64,000 nucleotides of DNA from Candidatus Alcyoniella australis (GCA_030765605.1 JAVCCG010000017.1:35582-99581), one strand, 5' to 3'. Numbered from the stretch's first letter, positions 44,543-54,777 are shown. The notes: generated by a model not told the origin, from the letters alone. Made by a program: numbers and translations.

Positions 44543-46969
44543 GTGAAAAAAATGACGGTCCTGATTGTACTGATTGCGCTGCTGTTCTGCGGCTGCCAGG
44601 CCGTGATGCTCAACGGTGCCGAGGTACCGGCCACGCTGCGCGCGCCGCTGCTCGAGCGTCCCGCTGATCCGGCCTTGCCGCCGTGGTTGGAGCAGCGCCC
44701 CAAGCTGTTCGAGTTCTCGAGCTGGGATCAATCGTATCTGCGCAACGATCCCTACCCCGCGCGGCTGCTCGGCGGCATGGCCGTGGGCAATGGCCAGGTT
44801 TTCGCCCTTGAGGGGCTGAGCCTGCCGCTGGACACGTTGCACAATGTGGCGGGTCCGGACTACCAGCTGGAGTCGCGCTTTTTTTCGGACATCGTACTCG
44901 AGCTGCGTCGCGGACTGCGCCGCGTGCATTGGGAGCGGCAGCGCATCCGGCGCGTGGCGGGCACGGCGGTAAACGTCATCGACCGCAGTCGCGACGGCCT
45001 TTCGCTGTACAGCATCGACTTCGCGCCGCGAGGCGCCATGATCGAGGGCAGCGCTGCCCAGCGCTGTTTGGTGCGGCTGAGCGTGGTCCACAACAACGGG
45101 CCGCAGGCTGTCGACGATCTGGAACTCGAGTTGCGTAGCGTGTTGGGCAGCTCGTCCGACGAGCTGATCGTCGAACGCATTGAGGGCACGGGGCGCAACT
45201 TGGCCATCGGCACCAACGCCCACCCGTTGCGCTGTCGATCGCGCGACGGCGTGCTGCGCGTGCGCGTGGGTGATTTGCAGCCCGGCGAGCAGTTCATCTG
45301 TGCGTTCTTCATCAGTTTTGCCGACGGCTCGGACGCGCGCACCGTGCTGCGGCAAGCGCTCCAGAGCGATCCCGAGGCGCTGCTGTCCGCGACCATCGAC
45401 GATTGGCGCTCGTGGATGGCCGCTGGCGCGCAAGTACGCACCTCGGATCAACGCTTTGACGAACTGCTCGAGGCGCTGCTGGTGGCGATCCGCGTGCAGA
45501 CCGCGAGTAGCGGCGCGGTCTGCGAGATGAGCCGCTACTCGTTCACCTGGCTGCGCGACATCATGGGCCCGGCGCTACTCTATCCGCTGCTGGGGCGCAT
45601 CGATGAGTATCGCGCGATGCTTGACTACTACTGGCTGGCCGCGCTGGACAACGGCGGGACAGCCAACGCGCTGCCAATCAACGTGGCCGGATTGCCCAAG
45701 GCGCAGCCGGACTGGGAGAGCTTGCCGACCGGCAGCGGACGCGAGGCGGCGGAGAGCGTGAGCTACGCGGTGCTGCACTACCGCGAGTACGTCCAGGCCA
45801 GCGGCGACTGGGAACTGCTGCGCCAACGCTACGGCATGCTGCGCCACGCGCTGATCCACCAGGACCTGCGCCACGGCTGCCTGCTGCCGTTTTCCGACGA
45901 CGAGACCTTTCGCGGCAGCCTGGCCGCTGCCCAGGGGATCTGGGCTGGAAGCGGCCTGCGCGAGACGCACCTCTCGGCCAACTCCTCGTTCCTGTTCGTG
46001 GCCGCGGCCCAGTTCATGGAGCGCGCCGCGCTCGAGCTGGACCTGCCCGAACACGCCGCGCAATACCGTCGACTGGCTGACGATGTGCGCCAGTGCACCG
46101 AGCGCTTCTACTGGCTGTCCGACGAGCGCTGCTACTCTCCGGCGCTGAAGATCGATTCGCTGCAGCCGCTGGACGAGCCGTTCGTCGACGTGACGCTTAA
46201 GCCGCTGTGGTGCGGGTACCTCGACCGCGACGACCCGCGGGCCTATACCAACCTCGAGTCAATCATCGAGCTGCTGCCCGCGCATCGCGGCCTGGTCTAC
46301 TCGCCGCTGCATCCCTATTACCAGGCTCTGGCCGGGCTGATGGGTTTCCATCGCGGGATTTGTACCGGCATGAGCTACGGCTTTTACCTGGACAATCTGG
46401 CGCAGCTGGACCATCCGCAGGCCGAGGCGCTGTTCGCGGGCTACTCCGAGTTCTTCCATCCCACGGGTACGGTCAGCGAGTACCACGTGGTCGACGACTT
46501 CGGCCGCCTGGTCTACCGCTACGACGACCAGGGGGTCCAGACCGACCAGACCGCGGCCTACCGCTCGTGGGAGGCGGGGGTCGACGCCGCGGCCATGCTG
46601 CGTTATCTGTTCGGCCTGGAGCTCGACGCGCCCCGCGGCCGGATTGTTGTTGCCCCGCATTTGCCCGCAGGCATGGACTTCGCGCGGCTCGAGGGGACGA
46701 GCTGCGGCGCCACGCGCTTCGATCTGGCGATCGAGCGCCTGCCGCAGGGTTTGCGCGTAGTGATCAGCGGGCTCGACGGACCGCTGTCGGTGGACGCCCG
46801 GCTTTCGCTGGCCGGGCCGATCGACGAGCTGTTGGTCAACGGTCGACCGCTGCTCGCGCCCAGCGTCAATAAATGGGATCGCTGGTCAATGCGGACCGCC
46901 GGACTGTCCGCCGGGCCGGACACGCCGCTGACCATTGAGGTCCGCTCGCATCTCGATCTGAATTATTAG
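44543..46969 (+). CDS. lipoprotein, possible six-hairpin glycoside hydrolase (GH15/GH63-like)
   Basis: Lipobox LLFCGC. YSFTWLRD matches the YxxxWxRD motif of glucoamylase-like GHs. About 800 aa. Confidence 0.3.
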   Translation: MKKMTVLIVLIALLFCGCQAVMLNGAEVPATLRAPLLERPADPALPPWLEQRPKLFEFSSWDQSYLRNDPYPARLLGGMAVGNGQVFALEGLSLPLDTLHNVAGPDYQLESRFFSDIVLELRRGLRRVHWERQRIRRVAGTAVNVIDRSRDGLSLYSIDFAPRGAMIEGSAAQRCLVRLSVVHNNGPQAVDDLELELRSVLGSSSDELIVERIEGTGRNLAIGTNAHPLRCRSRDGVLRVRVGDLQPGEQFICAFFISFADGSDARTVLRQALQSDPEALLSATIDDWRSWMAAGAQVRTSDQRFDELLEALLVAIRVQTASSGAVCEMSRYSFTWLRDIMGPALLYPLLGRIDEYRAMLDYYWLAALDNGGTANALPINVAGLPKAQPDWESLPTGSGREAAESVSYAVLHYREYVQASGDWELLRQRYGMLRHALIHQDLRHGCLLPFSDDETFRGSLAAAQGIWAGSGLRETHLSANSSFLFVAAAQFMERAALELDLPEHAAQYRRLADDVRQCTERFYWLSDERCYSPALKIDSLQPLDEPFVDVTLKPLWCGYLDRDDPRAYTNLESIIELLPAHRGLVYSPLHPYYQALAGLMGFHRGICTGMSYGFYLDNLAQLDHPQAEALFAGYSEFFHPTGTVSEYHVVDDFGRLVYRYDDQGVQTDQTAAYRSWEAGVDAAAMLRYLFGLELDAPRGRIVVAPHLPAGMDFARLEGTSCGATRFDLAIERLPQGLRVVISGLDGPLSVDARLSLAGPIDELLVNGRPLLAPSVNKWDRWSMRTAGLSAGPDTPLTIEVRSHLDLNY

Positions 46970-46983
46970 CAGTCGATTAAAGT

Positions 46984-47517
46984 TTAGCCGGCCCGGAGGG
47001 TCCGTTCCTGCTCGGACATCTCGCTGCGAATGCGCATGATGTCCTGCGGGTCGTGCAAGCTGATCTTGTGAAGTCGGGCGCGCAGGCCCGCGGTGTCGTA
47101 CTCGTAGCGCCGACGGTCCACGGTGTGCACCAGGCGGATCCGGCCGTAGGGGTTGGCCGCGGTCAGGCACATCATCATCCGCGGCACGTCGCCGATCGGC
47201 GGCAGGGCGTCGCCCTGGGTGTTGAGCATGGCGCTGACTTTGGTGCCGCCGGTCTTGATGTGGGTGATGGCGCAACGGCCGTTGCACTGCTTGGCCAGGG
47301 CGTGCAACCGCTGCAAGCCCCGGGAGCGCTCGAAGTAATCCTGGTCAAAGTCAAACGACCTGGGCGCGTCCGCCTCGAATCGACCGTCGTCAATAACCGT
47401 GATCTCCACCCGTGGTTTGGACCCGTTGGTCTCGCGGATCGAGATCTCGATACTATCGGCCTGATGCGACAGCATGTTCATGCCCACGTCGAGGATTAAC
47501 TGCGAGATTTCGCTCAT
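46984..47517 (-). CDS. GHKL/HATPase_c-like ATP-binding protein (anti-sigma-kinase-like), standalone
   Basis: N-box-like NMLSH, G1-like VIDDGRF and G2-like SRGLQRL, in the order seen in RsbW/SpoIIAB-like proteins. Confidence 0.35.
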   Translation of the reverse strand: MSEISQLILDVGMNMLSHQADSIEISIRETNGSKPRVEITVIDDGRFEADAPRSFDFDQDYFERSRGLQRLHALAKQCNGRCAITHIKTGGTKVSAMLNTQGDALPPIGDVPRMMMCLTAANPYGRIRLVHTVDRRRYEYDTAGLRARLHKISLHDPQDIMRIRSEMSEQERTLRAG

Positions 47518-48157
47518 TGCGCTCTCCGGGTTTTACTAATCAGTTGCTACCCGGTTCCAGGGGCGCGGTTGAGCATCGATCTGATGGGGGGTAATGGCGG
47601 TGGTCGCCTCCCGGCAATACTCCACGGTAAGAGGATGATATGGGCTATCATTGGGAGCCTGAAAATGAAGCAGGTTGTAGCATGATGTGACGGTTTTGCT
47701 GTTTGCCGGTCGGTTAAGGAGGGAAGCGACCACCAACCAAGAAAACTGATAAGCCGGGCTTGCGCCCTTGGGTACCGGGAGTGGCAGGCTTGCCATCAGT
47801 TGTCTTTGCATTATTGTTTCCTACGCATGACTACCGGCGATGGGCCATGGCGGCGACTCATGGTGCAAATCAATGTTGTGAATGTCGCCGCCACGAACCG
47901 TGGTGAAAACAATACAAGTGTCGTGCCAAAACCAGGAGTTTTCGATAGACGTGGTAAATGGCAGCGATTACATTATTGTATAGTTATAGACTTATAGTGC
48001 GCCCCGGGCCCAAGTGTAATGATAATGTGACACTGAAAGGGCTTCATCGTGTTGAAATGCTACACAAATAGCTAACAAAACGTATATAAACAAGTACTTA
48101 ATGATTTGAGTACGATGTTTCGGGGCAGAGACAAAATGACCGAAAATCGACCAATTA
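47518..48157. other. 640-bp AT-rich intergenic island (local GC far below the window average) containing a 9-bp-stem hairpin
   Basis: Long A/T runs (for example tatagttatagacttatag and aaacgtatataaacaagtactta) and the hairpin GGCGGCGAC-26 nt loop-GTCGCCGCC at 47848-47891. No convincing ORF. Confidence 0.7.
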
Positions 48158-50500
48158 TTACTGCAAAATCTTGAAATTTTGCTCCAGGGAGCGGCTGTTG
48201 CCCGCGCGATCGGTAACTTGAAGTTTGATTGTGTGCTCGCCGGGCTCCAGATTTTGGTCCGGGATGTATTTGATCCAGCCTCGCGGACCGTTGCTCTCGC
48301 CCACCACGCGTTGGCCATCGAGGGTCAGGACCGTGTTGCCCGCCGGAATGCCCGAGCCCGCGTCGCTGACCACGAAGCTCAGAGCCGGTCGCGCATTGCG
48401 CAATTTGGCGTTGGCGCGTGGCCCGGTCCACTTGATGTACGGCCGTTGCACGTCGCGCATCAGCGCGAAAGTGCCCAGTTGCGGCGCCCGTCCGCTGATG
48501 GTGCGCGAGGCTGGGTCGTGGTTAAAACCCATCTGCCACCAGCGGCCGGAGTCGTAGTAGTAGACTCCCACGCCGTTTGGGGTCTGGCCCTCGGGCAGCT
48601 TGATGCTCACCCCGATTTTGCCGCCCAGGGGCACGCCCTTGCGCTCGATGCAATAGGCCGCTCCCACCTGTTGCAGGCCCTGTTTGGGCTCGGGGACAGT
48701 CGTCTGTTCCAGCGTGGTGTAGAACGGACGCTCCAGCGTGCCCCGGCCGAGGCGCACGGCGAACCGGCCGTCGTTCGATTTAAGCCTGGCACCCCCGCGC
48801 GCGAGCTGCAGCGGCGCTGCAATGTTTGCGCGGACCTCGCGGCCTTGGCGGTCGCGTCCGCTGGCGCTGATCGACAGCGGGGTCGAGACGATGTTGTTGT
48901 TGTCCAGGATCGCCATGTAACGGCCGTTGCCCTGCCAGACGCCGGGCAGCAGCACCTCGTCCTCGCCCCCTCCGCTGACCTTTACCGTGGGCTCGCGCAG
49001 CAGCGGCTCTGCGGTGTTGATCACGATCTCGGTGTACAGCTCGCGCAGCCGGTAGCTGATCGAGATCTGCGGCAGTGCGGCAGCCTGTTCGATGGTGGGT
49101 CGAGCGTAGAACAGCCGCCATGGGGAATGCAGCCCGTGCCCGTCCTGGGTCCGCGCTTTGATCAGCAGGCCCTCAAGCGCTCGGCCCATGGGCGGCTCGA
49201 GCTCCCAACGTCCGGCGTCAAGCGCGTGCGTTGTGGCCGCATGCCACGAGCGTCCGTGGTCGGCGGACCAGGCGCTCTCCAAGAGCAGGTTGGGCTCGCC
49301 GTCAGGGTCGCTGCCTCCCAGCAGCACGCGCGTTTGTTCAGTCTCGATGCGGAACAGCTCGGGCGCGCGGTTGGCGATCAAGGTCAGCTCGACCACCGTG
49401 CTGTTGTCCGAGACGTCCGTGGCGATCAACCGCAACGTGTGCTCGCCCTGGGGCAGATCGCGGATTACGCCATCGCCATCCAGGTCAAAGGCCGTTTGCT
49501 CGACCCACTTGCGGAACAGCCGGTGATAGCCGTGGCCGTGCCGGAAGTACAGCTCGAGGTCGTAGGCGTAGTTGATCACCTGCTTGTGCTCGTAGCAGGA
49601 GCGCTGGAACTGCGAGAGGAAAATCGTCTTGCCGTCGAGCTCGGCGCGCAGTTGGTAGGGCGCCAGGATGCGGTCCGAGCCGTCGATGCGGTCGATAACC
49701 CGCAGCCCGAATCCAACCTCGCCGCTGATCGAGATCGGCCTGCCCGAGCTGTAGTGACCGTCGCGTTTGACCAGCGGCAGCACCGGCTTGGAGCGTCCGC
49801 CGTTGACCGTGGCGTCGTGGCTCAGTGGATCGATGAAGATTTCCAGCGGCTGGGGCGGGATGCTGTCGTCGCGGAAGAAGCCGTGGGTCAACGGGTTGAG
49901 CGGGCAGTTGTCCGGGCCGCGCAGCTCGAAGTGCAAATGCGGCGAGCTGGTGCCGGTGTTGCCCGCGTAGCCGATCACCTGGCCCGCCGTGACCTTGATC
50001 TCGCCGGGCTTTAGGAACAGGTCGGCCTCGTACGAGCCGATCTGCCGGTGATAGGCGCGCATTCGAGTCCAGATTTCGTCGATCATTCCGTCGAGGTGGG
50101 CGTAGACCACGGTGTTGCCGTCCTCGAGCCGGATGTACAGCGCCTTGCCGTAACCCACGGCGCTGGTGCGCGCGCGGCAGACCCAGCCGTCGGCCACAGC
50201 CACCACCGGCGTGCCGATCACGCCGTAGGTCGACAGGTCGAGCCCCGCGTGAGGGTGGCCGATGCGGTATTCGCCGAAGTTGCCCGAGATGCGAATCGGC
50301 GTCAGCAGCGGCCAAAGATAACCGCGGTCCGAGACAAAGCTTTGGGGCTGCATCTGCGGGACCTGTTGGGCCTGGGCCAGGGTGGCGGGGACCGGATCGG
50401 CGGCCACGGCCGGAACAGCGGTCAGCAGTACGGCCAGCGTCAGCGCGGCGATGGTTCTGAGCATGTCCAGGATCCGAAATTGCGGCGCGACCGGCCTCAA
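48158..50500 (-). CDS. M23 family metallopeptidase (LytM domain) with C-terminal repeat domains
   Basis: HPHAGLD and GNTGTSSPHLHFE motifs. The start is uncertain: TTG at 50500 or ATG at 50465. Confidence 0.75.
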   Translation of the reverse strand: MRPVAPQFRILDMLRTIAALTLAVLLTAVPAVAADPVPATLAQAQQVPQMQPQSFVSDRGYLWPLLTPIRISGNFGEYRIGHPHAGLDLSTYGVIGTPVVAVADGWVCRARTSAVGYGKALYIRLEDGNTVVYAHLDGMIDEIWTRMRAYHRQIGSYEADLFLKPGEIKVTAGQVIGYAGNTGTSSPHLHFELRGPDNCPLNPLTHGFFRDDSIPPQPLEIFIDPLSHDATVNGGRSKPVLPLVKRDGHYSSGRPISISGEVGFGLRVIDRIDGSDRILAPYQLRAELDGKTIFLSQFQRSCYEHKQVINYAYDLELYFRHGHGYHRLFRKWVEQTAFDLDGDGVIRDLPQGEHTLRLIATDVSDNSTVVELTLIANRAPELFRIETEQTRVLLGGSDPDGEPNLLLESAWSADHGRSWHAATTHALDAGRWELEPPMGRALEGLLIKARTQDGHGLHSPWRLFYARPTIEQAAALPQISISYRLRELYTEIVINTAEPLLREPTVKVSGGGEDEVLLPGVWQGNGRYMAILDNNNIVSTPLSISASGRDRQGREVRANIAAPLQLARGGARLKSNDGRFAVRLGRGTLERPFYTTLEQTTVPEPKQGLQQVGAAYCIERKGVPLGGKIGVSIKLPEGQTPNGVGVYYYDSGRWWQMGFNHDPASRTISGRAPQLGTFALMRDVQRPYIKWTGPRANAKLRNARPALSFVVSDAGSGIPAGNTVLTLDGQRVVGESNGPRGWIKYIPDQNLEPGEHTIKLQVTDRAGNSRSLEQNFKILQ

Positions 50501-50505
50501 GTCGA

Positions 50506-52053
50506 CTAGTTACACGGTTGGTTGCAGTAGGGCAGCTGGTTCAGCGGTCTGAAGGAGGAGACCGGATCGGACTCGTCGTAGACCTGGGCGTCGTAGGACA
50601 GCTCGAGCGAGGCGTAGAGTTTGCGCGTTACGCGTTTGACGATCAGCACCTGGCCGATTTGCAGCTTGTCCGAGGGCTTGATCTTGTTCCAGAGGCACAG
50701 GTCGCTCATCCGGCAGTTGAAACGGCGCGAGATCGTCCACAGCGAGTCGCCGGACTCGACATTATGCACGGCCTGTTCCATCACCAGCTCGCTGTTGTCG
50801 GCGACCATCTGCTCGATGCTCGGTTCGCGTTCGGGCAGCGGCGGCACTTCGCTGGTGTAGACCACCAGCGATTGTCCGGGGTAGAGCCTCTTGGAGCGAC
50901 TCAGCCCGTTCCAGGCACGGATGTTGGACGAGGTGACCGCGGGGTCGAGAAAACGCGAGGAGATCGTGCTCAGCGAGTCGCCTTCGGCCACCACGTAAAT
51001 CAGCGAGGGCCCGTCGCGCTTAACCCTGCGCGACACGCTCGAGCTGGCCACTGCCCTGCGCGAGGGCGAGTAGCTCGCGGTCTGGCGCGGGCGCGCGCTT
51101 CCGGGCTCGTAGTCGACCTGGGAGCCGCTGCCGATCATCCGCCCTTGGCGTGCCAGCTGGAAATCGGTCTGGGTCGGCGTAAATCCGTCGGCCGCAGCCA
51201 CGGCATTCGGGCAATAGAAGCGGACGTGCAGGTGGTTGTGGTGTCCGCGCGAGTGACGGATGATCCCCTGGCGTACGCGGCGTCCGCGGGGATATTGAAA
51301 GACCGTCTCGAGGAAGGCGGCCGATTTTTTCAGGTTGTCGCGGCAGTAGGCGTAGAAGATCGATTGCAGCGAGTAGTCCAGGAAGATGTACTGGACTTTG
51401 CCGTTCTCGATCATCGCCTCGATCAACGTCCAGGTTTTGGGTACGTCGAGGTTCCCCTCGTTCATTGTGACGAAATGGCCGCGCGCGCTTCCGTCGCTGA
51501 AGTAGAGGCCGATGTCGATGTCGCGGCCGTTCTCGTGGGAGACGTGGGGCCGCAACGATCCGCCGCCCGGAGCGCTCAAATCGCCGATGTAAATGTCGTG
51601 GGTCCCGGGGTAGGTGACCTGCACGGTCTCAATGGCGTAGAGCACTGCCGAGATCAGTTCCGGCGTGGAGAAGTCGTGGTGCGAGCGGCGCACAAAGTAG
51701 CCCGGGCCGTCGGGGAACTGCACGCCGTTGATCAGCAGGCCGTTTGACGGAGCGCCCCAGGACATGCATACGCCCTCGGGCATCGGCACGCGCTGGCTGA
51801 CGTCGATCGCTTTAGGTGGCTGTTCCACGGTCGGGGGCAGCTCTTTATTTATCGATAATTCGTCGAGGGAGTCCTGGTCGGACGCGGCTTGGGCGGAGTT
51901 CTGATCCTGGTCCTCGGCCTGTTCACCCTGCTCGACAGTCTGCTCGGAGGTCGATTCGTCGGATTCGCCTTGATCGGACGCGACCTCCTCGGCCCACACC
52001 GCGGGCGCGAGCAGTAGCAAGCTTAGTAGGGCGATCAGTAGCAGTCGTCGCAA
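50506..52053 (-). CDS. MepA-like (M74) murein endopeptidase with two C-terminal LysM domains
   Basis: LRPHVSHENGRDIDIGLYF and HHNHLHVRF resemble the MepA metal-binding motifs. Two LysM-like segments (VAEGDSLSTIS, VESGDSLWTIS). The probable start is TTG 52053 with SD GGCGGGAG; the ORF extends to 52137. Confidence 0.5.
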   Translation of the reverse strand: MRRLLLIALLSLLLLAPAVWAEEVASDQGESDESTSEQTVEQGEQAEDQDQNSAQAASDQDSLDELSINKELPPTVEQPPKAIDVSQRVPMPEGVCMSWGAPSNGLLINGVQFPDGPGYFVRRSHHDFSTPELISAVLYAIETVQVTYPGTHDIYIGDLSAPGGGSLRPHVSHENGRDIDIGLYFSDGSARGHFVTMNEGNLDVPKTWTLIEAMIENGKVQYIFLDYSLQSIFYAYCRDNLKKSAAFLETVFQYPRGRRVRQGIIRHSRGHHNHLHVRFYCPNAVAAADGFTPTQTDFQLARQGRMIGSGSQVDYEPGSARPRQTASYSPSRRAVASSSVSRRVKRDGPSLIYVVAEGDSLSTISSRFLDPAVTSSNIRAWNGLSRSKRLYPGQSLVVYTSEVPPLPEREPSIEQMVADNSELVMEQAVHNVESGDSLWTISRRFNCRMSDLCLWNKIKPSDKLQIGQVLIVKRVTRKLYASLELSYDAQVYDESDPVSSFRPLNQLPYCNQPCN

Positions 52054-52147
52054 ACGTATACTCCCGCCAACCTGCCGTAGGGCAGCATCGGCAACATATA
52101 ATCGTGTGATTATCTCAGAAACGAGATGCAAAACCAAGCCCTAACGC

Positions 52148-53971
52148 TTACTTATCCAGTAGTTCTTTCACCCGTTGGCGATCGCGGCCGTAGATGTCGG
52201 TGAGGAAGATCGCCCGGCCGTCATCGTGCAGCGCCACGGTGACGTACTCGATATGGATCGGGATTTTGGTGCGCAGCTCCAGCCGCCGGTTGTTGCCCGA
52301 GCGCAACATCCGTTCGGTGTTGGCCGCCTCGGGGTGGCCGTCCTGCTCGATCAGCCATTGGGCCATCTCCAGGGCATTTTCCAGGCGCATACAGCCGTGG
52401 GAGTAGGCGCGATAGCTGCGGTTGAACAGGTATTTACTCGGAGTATCGTGCAGGTAAACGTCGTGGTGGTTGGGAAAGAGGATCTTGACCTTGCCCAAGG
52501 CATTACCCGCGCCGGGCTTCTGAGTGATGTACAGCCGTCCGCTGCTTGATTCGCGCAGCTTGTAACCGCGGACTTTGTAGTAATCGTCGATGTCCTCGGC
52601 CAGTTCGGCCTTGGCCACGATCTCCTCGACGATCCGTTCGGGCACGTTCCAGAAGGGGTTGTACTCGACGAACTCGATCTCGTCGACGAACTCCGGGGTG
52701 TTGTTGTCCTTCTTGCGGTTGCCGACCACGATGCGATGCTTGCGGAGCAGCTCGCCCTCGCGCACCACGTGGACCTCGTACTGCGGGATGTTGACCCGGA
52801 AGTAGAAGGGCTTCCAGCGGCATGGCGTTTCGCGCAGCTTTTGCGTTGCCAGGGCGATCTGCGCCGCGCGCATATCGATCGGCACGTTGAGCGCCTTGAA
52901 GGTCGATCGCGCCGCCACACCGTCGGGCGTGAGCTGATGGTGCTCCTGGTAGCTCTTGACCGCATCTTGCGTGGCCAGGTCGAAAAAGCCGCTGACCGGA
53001 CCTTGGTAGAATTCTTCCAGTCCCAGCCGCCGTTGCAGTTGTTCGACCAGCGGGCCGCGACTGTTGCGCCGAAGCTTGGTGAAACGCGAGCGCGGCTCGA
53101 TCGGCTCGATCACGTCCCGAGCGTCGAGTTTAAGATAGAACTCCATCGCGCGTTGCAATCCGGCATAGTCGAGCATTCGCGGATCGAGTGCAGCCAGCGC
53201 AGCGTCGAGATCATTGCGCGCCACAGCCAAGACCGAGCCCAGGCGCGAGCGCGGCAGGCCCATCTGCAGCGCCATGCGCTCCAGGTCGCGGGCCAGCTCC
53301 ACGTCCAGCCGGGCCGCGCGGCCCTCCAGCGCCCGAAGTTCGCGGTCCAGCCCTGAGACCTGTTCCACTGGCTTGGAATAGGCGCTGCCCGCATCAGCTT
53401 GCTGCAGTCGGTCCAGCAGCCTTGCGGCCAGCTGCTCGTGCGACAGGTCGCGAAGGTTGCCCAGCTCCAGGCACAGTCGCAGCTCCTGCCACAGCGTGAT
53501 CTCGAGGCTGAAGCGATCGATCAGATCGCGGGCGTCGCTTTGGATCGCGGCGATCCGCTCGCGGTTGTAATCCACTCCATAGGACGTGGGGTCGATGCCA
53601 TCGAAGCGCAGCCGCTCGATTCTCTTGAGCAGCGTATTAGCCGCGGGCAGCGGTTGATATCCGTCAAAGAACACCGGCCGTAGCCTGCCGTTGAAATACA
53701 GCATCCGCAGCGACAGCGCGATGCGGTCCTGGGGCAGTGCGGCGGAGATCTCGTCGGCCTGAAGCTCGAGCAGTTCGGGATCAACGGCCAGTTGCTCCGC
53801 CAGGGCCGGGCCGCAACGCGGCGCGAAGTCGCGCAGGGCGAGCTGATTGGGTTTGAGGTAGAGTAGGTATCCGGCGACCAGAGCGCAGATCGACAATGTC
53901 GCGGCCAGCAAAATATATGCCGGGCCGCGACCTCGTGTTTTTATGCTCTGCGCCTGTTCGTCCTCGGGCAT
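52148..53971 (-). CDS. L,D-transpeptidase (YcbB/LdtD-like) with peptidoglycan-binding domain
   Basis: YkuD catalytic motif HDTPSKYLFNRSYRAYSHGCMRL and a PG_binding_1-like segment. Confidence 0.75.
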   Translation of the reverse strand: MPEDEQAQSIKTRGRGPAYILLAATLSICALVAGYLLYLKPNQLALRDFAPRCGPALAEQLAVDPELLELQADEISAALPQDRIALSLRMLYFNGRLRPVFFDGYQPLPAANTLLKRIERLRFDGIDPTSYGVDYNRERIAAIQSDARDLIDRFSLEITLWQELRLCLELGNLRDLSHEQLAARLLDRLQQADAGSAYSKPVEQVSGLDRELRALEGRAARLDVELARDLERMALQMGLPRSRLGSVLAVARNDLDAALAALDPRMLDYAGLQRAMEFYLKLDARDVIEPIEPRSRFTKLRRNSRGPLVEQLQRRLGLEEFYQGPVSGFFDLATQDAVKSYQEHHQLTPDGVAARSTFKALNVPIDMRAAQIALATQKLRETPCRWKPFYFRVNIPQYEVHVVREGELLRKHRIVVGNRKKDNNTPEFVDEIEFVEYNPFWNVPERIVEEIVAKAELAEDIDDYYKVRGYKLRESSSGRLYITQKPGAGNALGKVKILFPNHHDVYLHDTPSKYLFNRSYRAYSHGCMRLENALEMAQWLIEQDGHPEAANTERMLRSGNNRRLELRTKIPIHIEYVTVALHDDGRAIFLTDIYGRDRQRVKELLDK

Positions 53972-54234
53972 CTGCGTTCCTCAGTTGATATTGTGCCCAA
54001 TTTTGCGCCTGAATATCACACGTCGCATTACCGATCAACTTAAAAGCGTTACGATTTTTACCATAGTTGTGTTGCTGCGACCCGCCAAACGGCGAGAGTG
54101 GGGTGGGGAATAATGTTGGATAACATCAAAACTTATCGTGATCCGTGCGCAGGAAGATCTCGGCGCTCAGCAGTGAGACCAGCGCCCACAGCGCGATCAG
54201 CGGCAGCAATCTGATGGAGTAGTGCGTCGCGCAA

Positions 54235-54777
54235 TTACTTTTTTTTCGGGTTTTTACGCTTGCCCTTATCCGCGGCATGCGCCGCGGGCACCGGCGGAGC
54301 CAGGCGCATATCGCCGAACAGCCCGTTGTAGAGCACGAGTAACAGCAGCAGCAGTCCGGCGAGCAGGAAGTAGCCGCCGACCACCCGGGCGTTGCGGTTG
54401 CCGATGCGTTTATCGTTGAGCAGCTCGCGCAGCAACAGCAGATCGTACGGGCTCACCTCGCCCAGTTGCTGGGCGAACATCTGCGAAAGGTGCGCGATGT
54501 TCTCTCCTCGCGGCCGCCCGTTGACGTCCTGCGAGGTCTGCAAATCGCGGTGGTACAGCTTGGTGGGCGCGAGCAGCCAATCTTGCATGGGCGCGATTTC
54601 GGACCACTCGGGGTGGTGGTTGTCGTAGAGCATTGGCCGCGCCGACTCGATCTGCGGGCCGTACCTGCCAAAGGCCAGTAACAGCACCAGCCCGGCAATC
54701 AGCGCTGCTCCGGCCAGGGGCAGCAGCGGGAACGACTCGAACTTGCTCGGGCTGAACAGGTCGGCCAGGCGGTTCAA
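54235..54777 (-). CDS. membrane protein, function unknown (180 aa)
   Basis: Two hydrophobic segments and a Lys-rich C-terminus. 4-nt overlap with the upstream gene. Confidence 0.4.
   Translation of the reverse strand: MNRLADLFSPSKFESFPLLPLAGAALIAGLVLLLAFGRYGPQIESARPMLYDNHHPEWSEIAPMQDWLLAPTKLYHRDLQTSQDVNGRPRGENIAHLSQMFAQQLGEVSPYDLLLLRELLNDKRIGNRNARVVGGYFLLAGLLLLLLVLYNGLFGDMRLAPPVPAAHAADKGKRKNPKKK

Noticed and set aside
47745-47765. 11-mer CCCGGCTTATC (minus strand) resembling the conserved 3' P4 strand of RNase P RNA
   Set aside because: The surrounding sequence lacks the other universally conserved RNase P motifs (GGAAAGUCCGGGC, AGGGUGAAA and others) and is far too AT-rich. This is probably a chance match.
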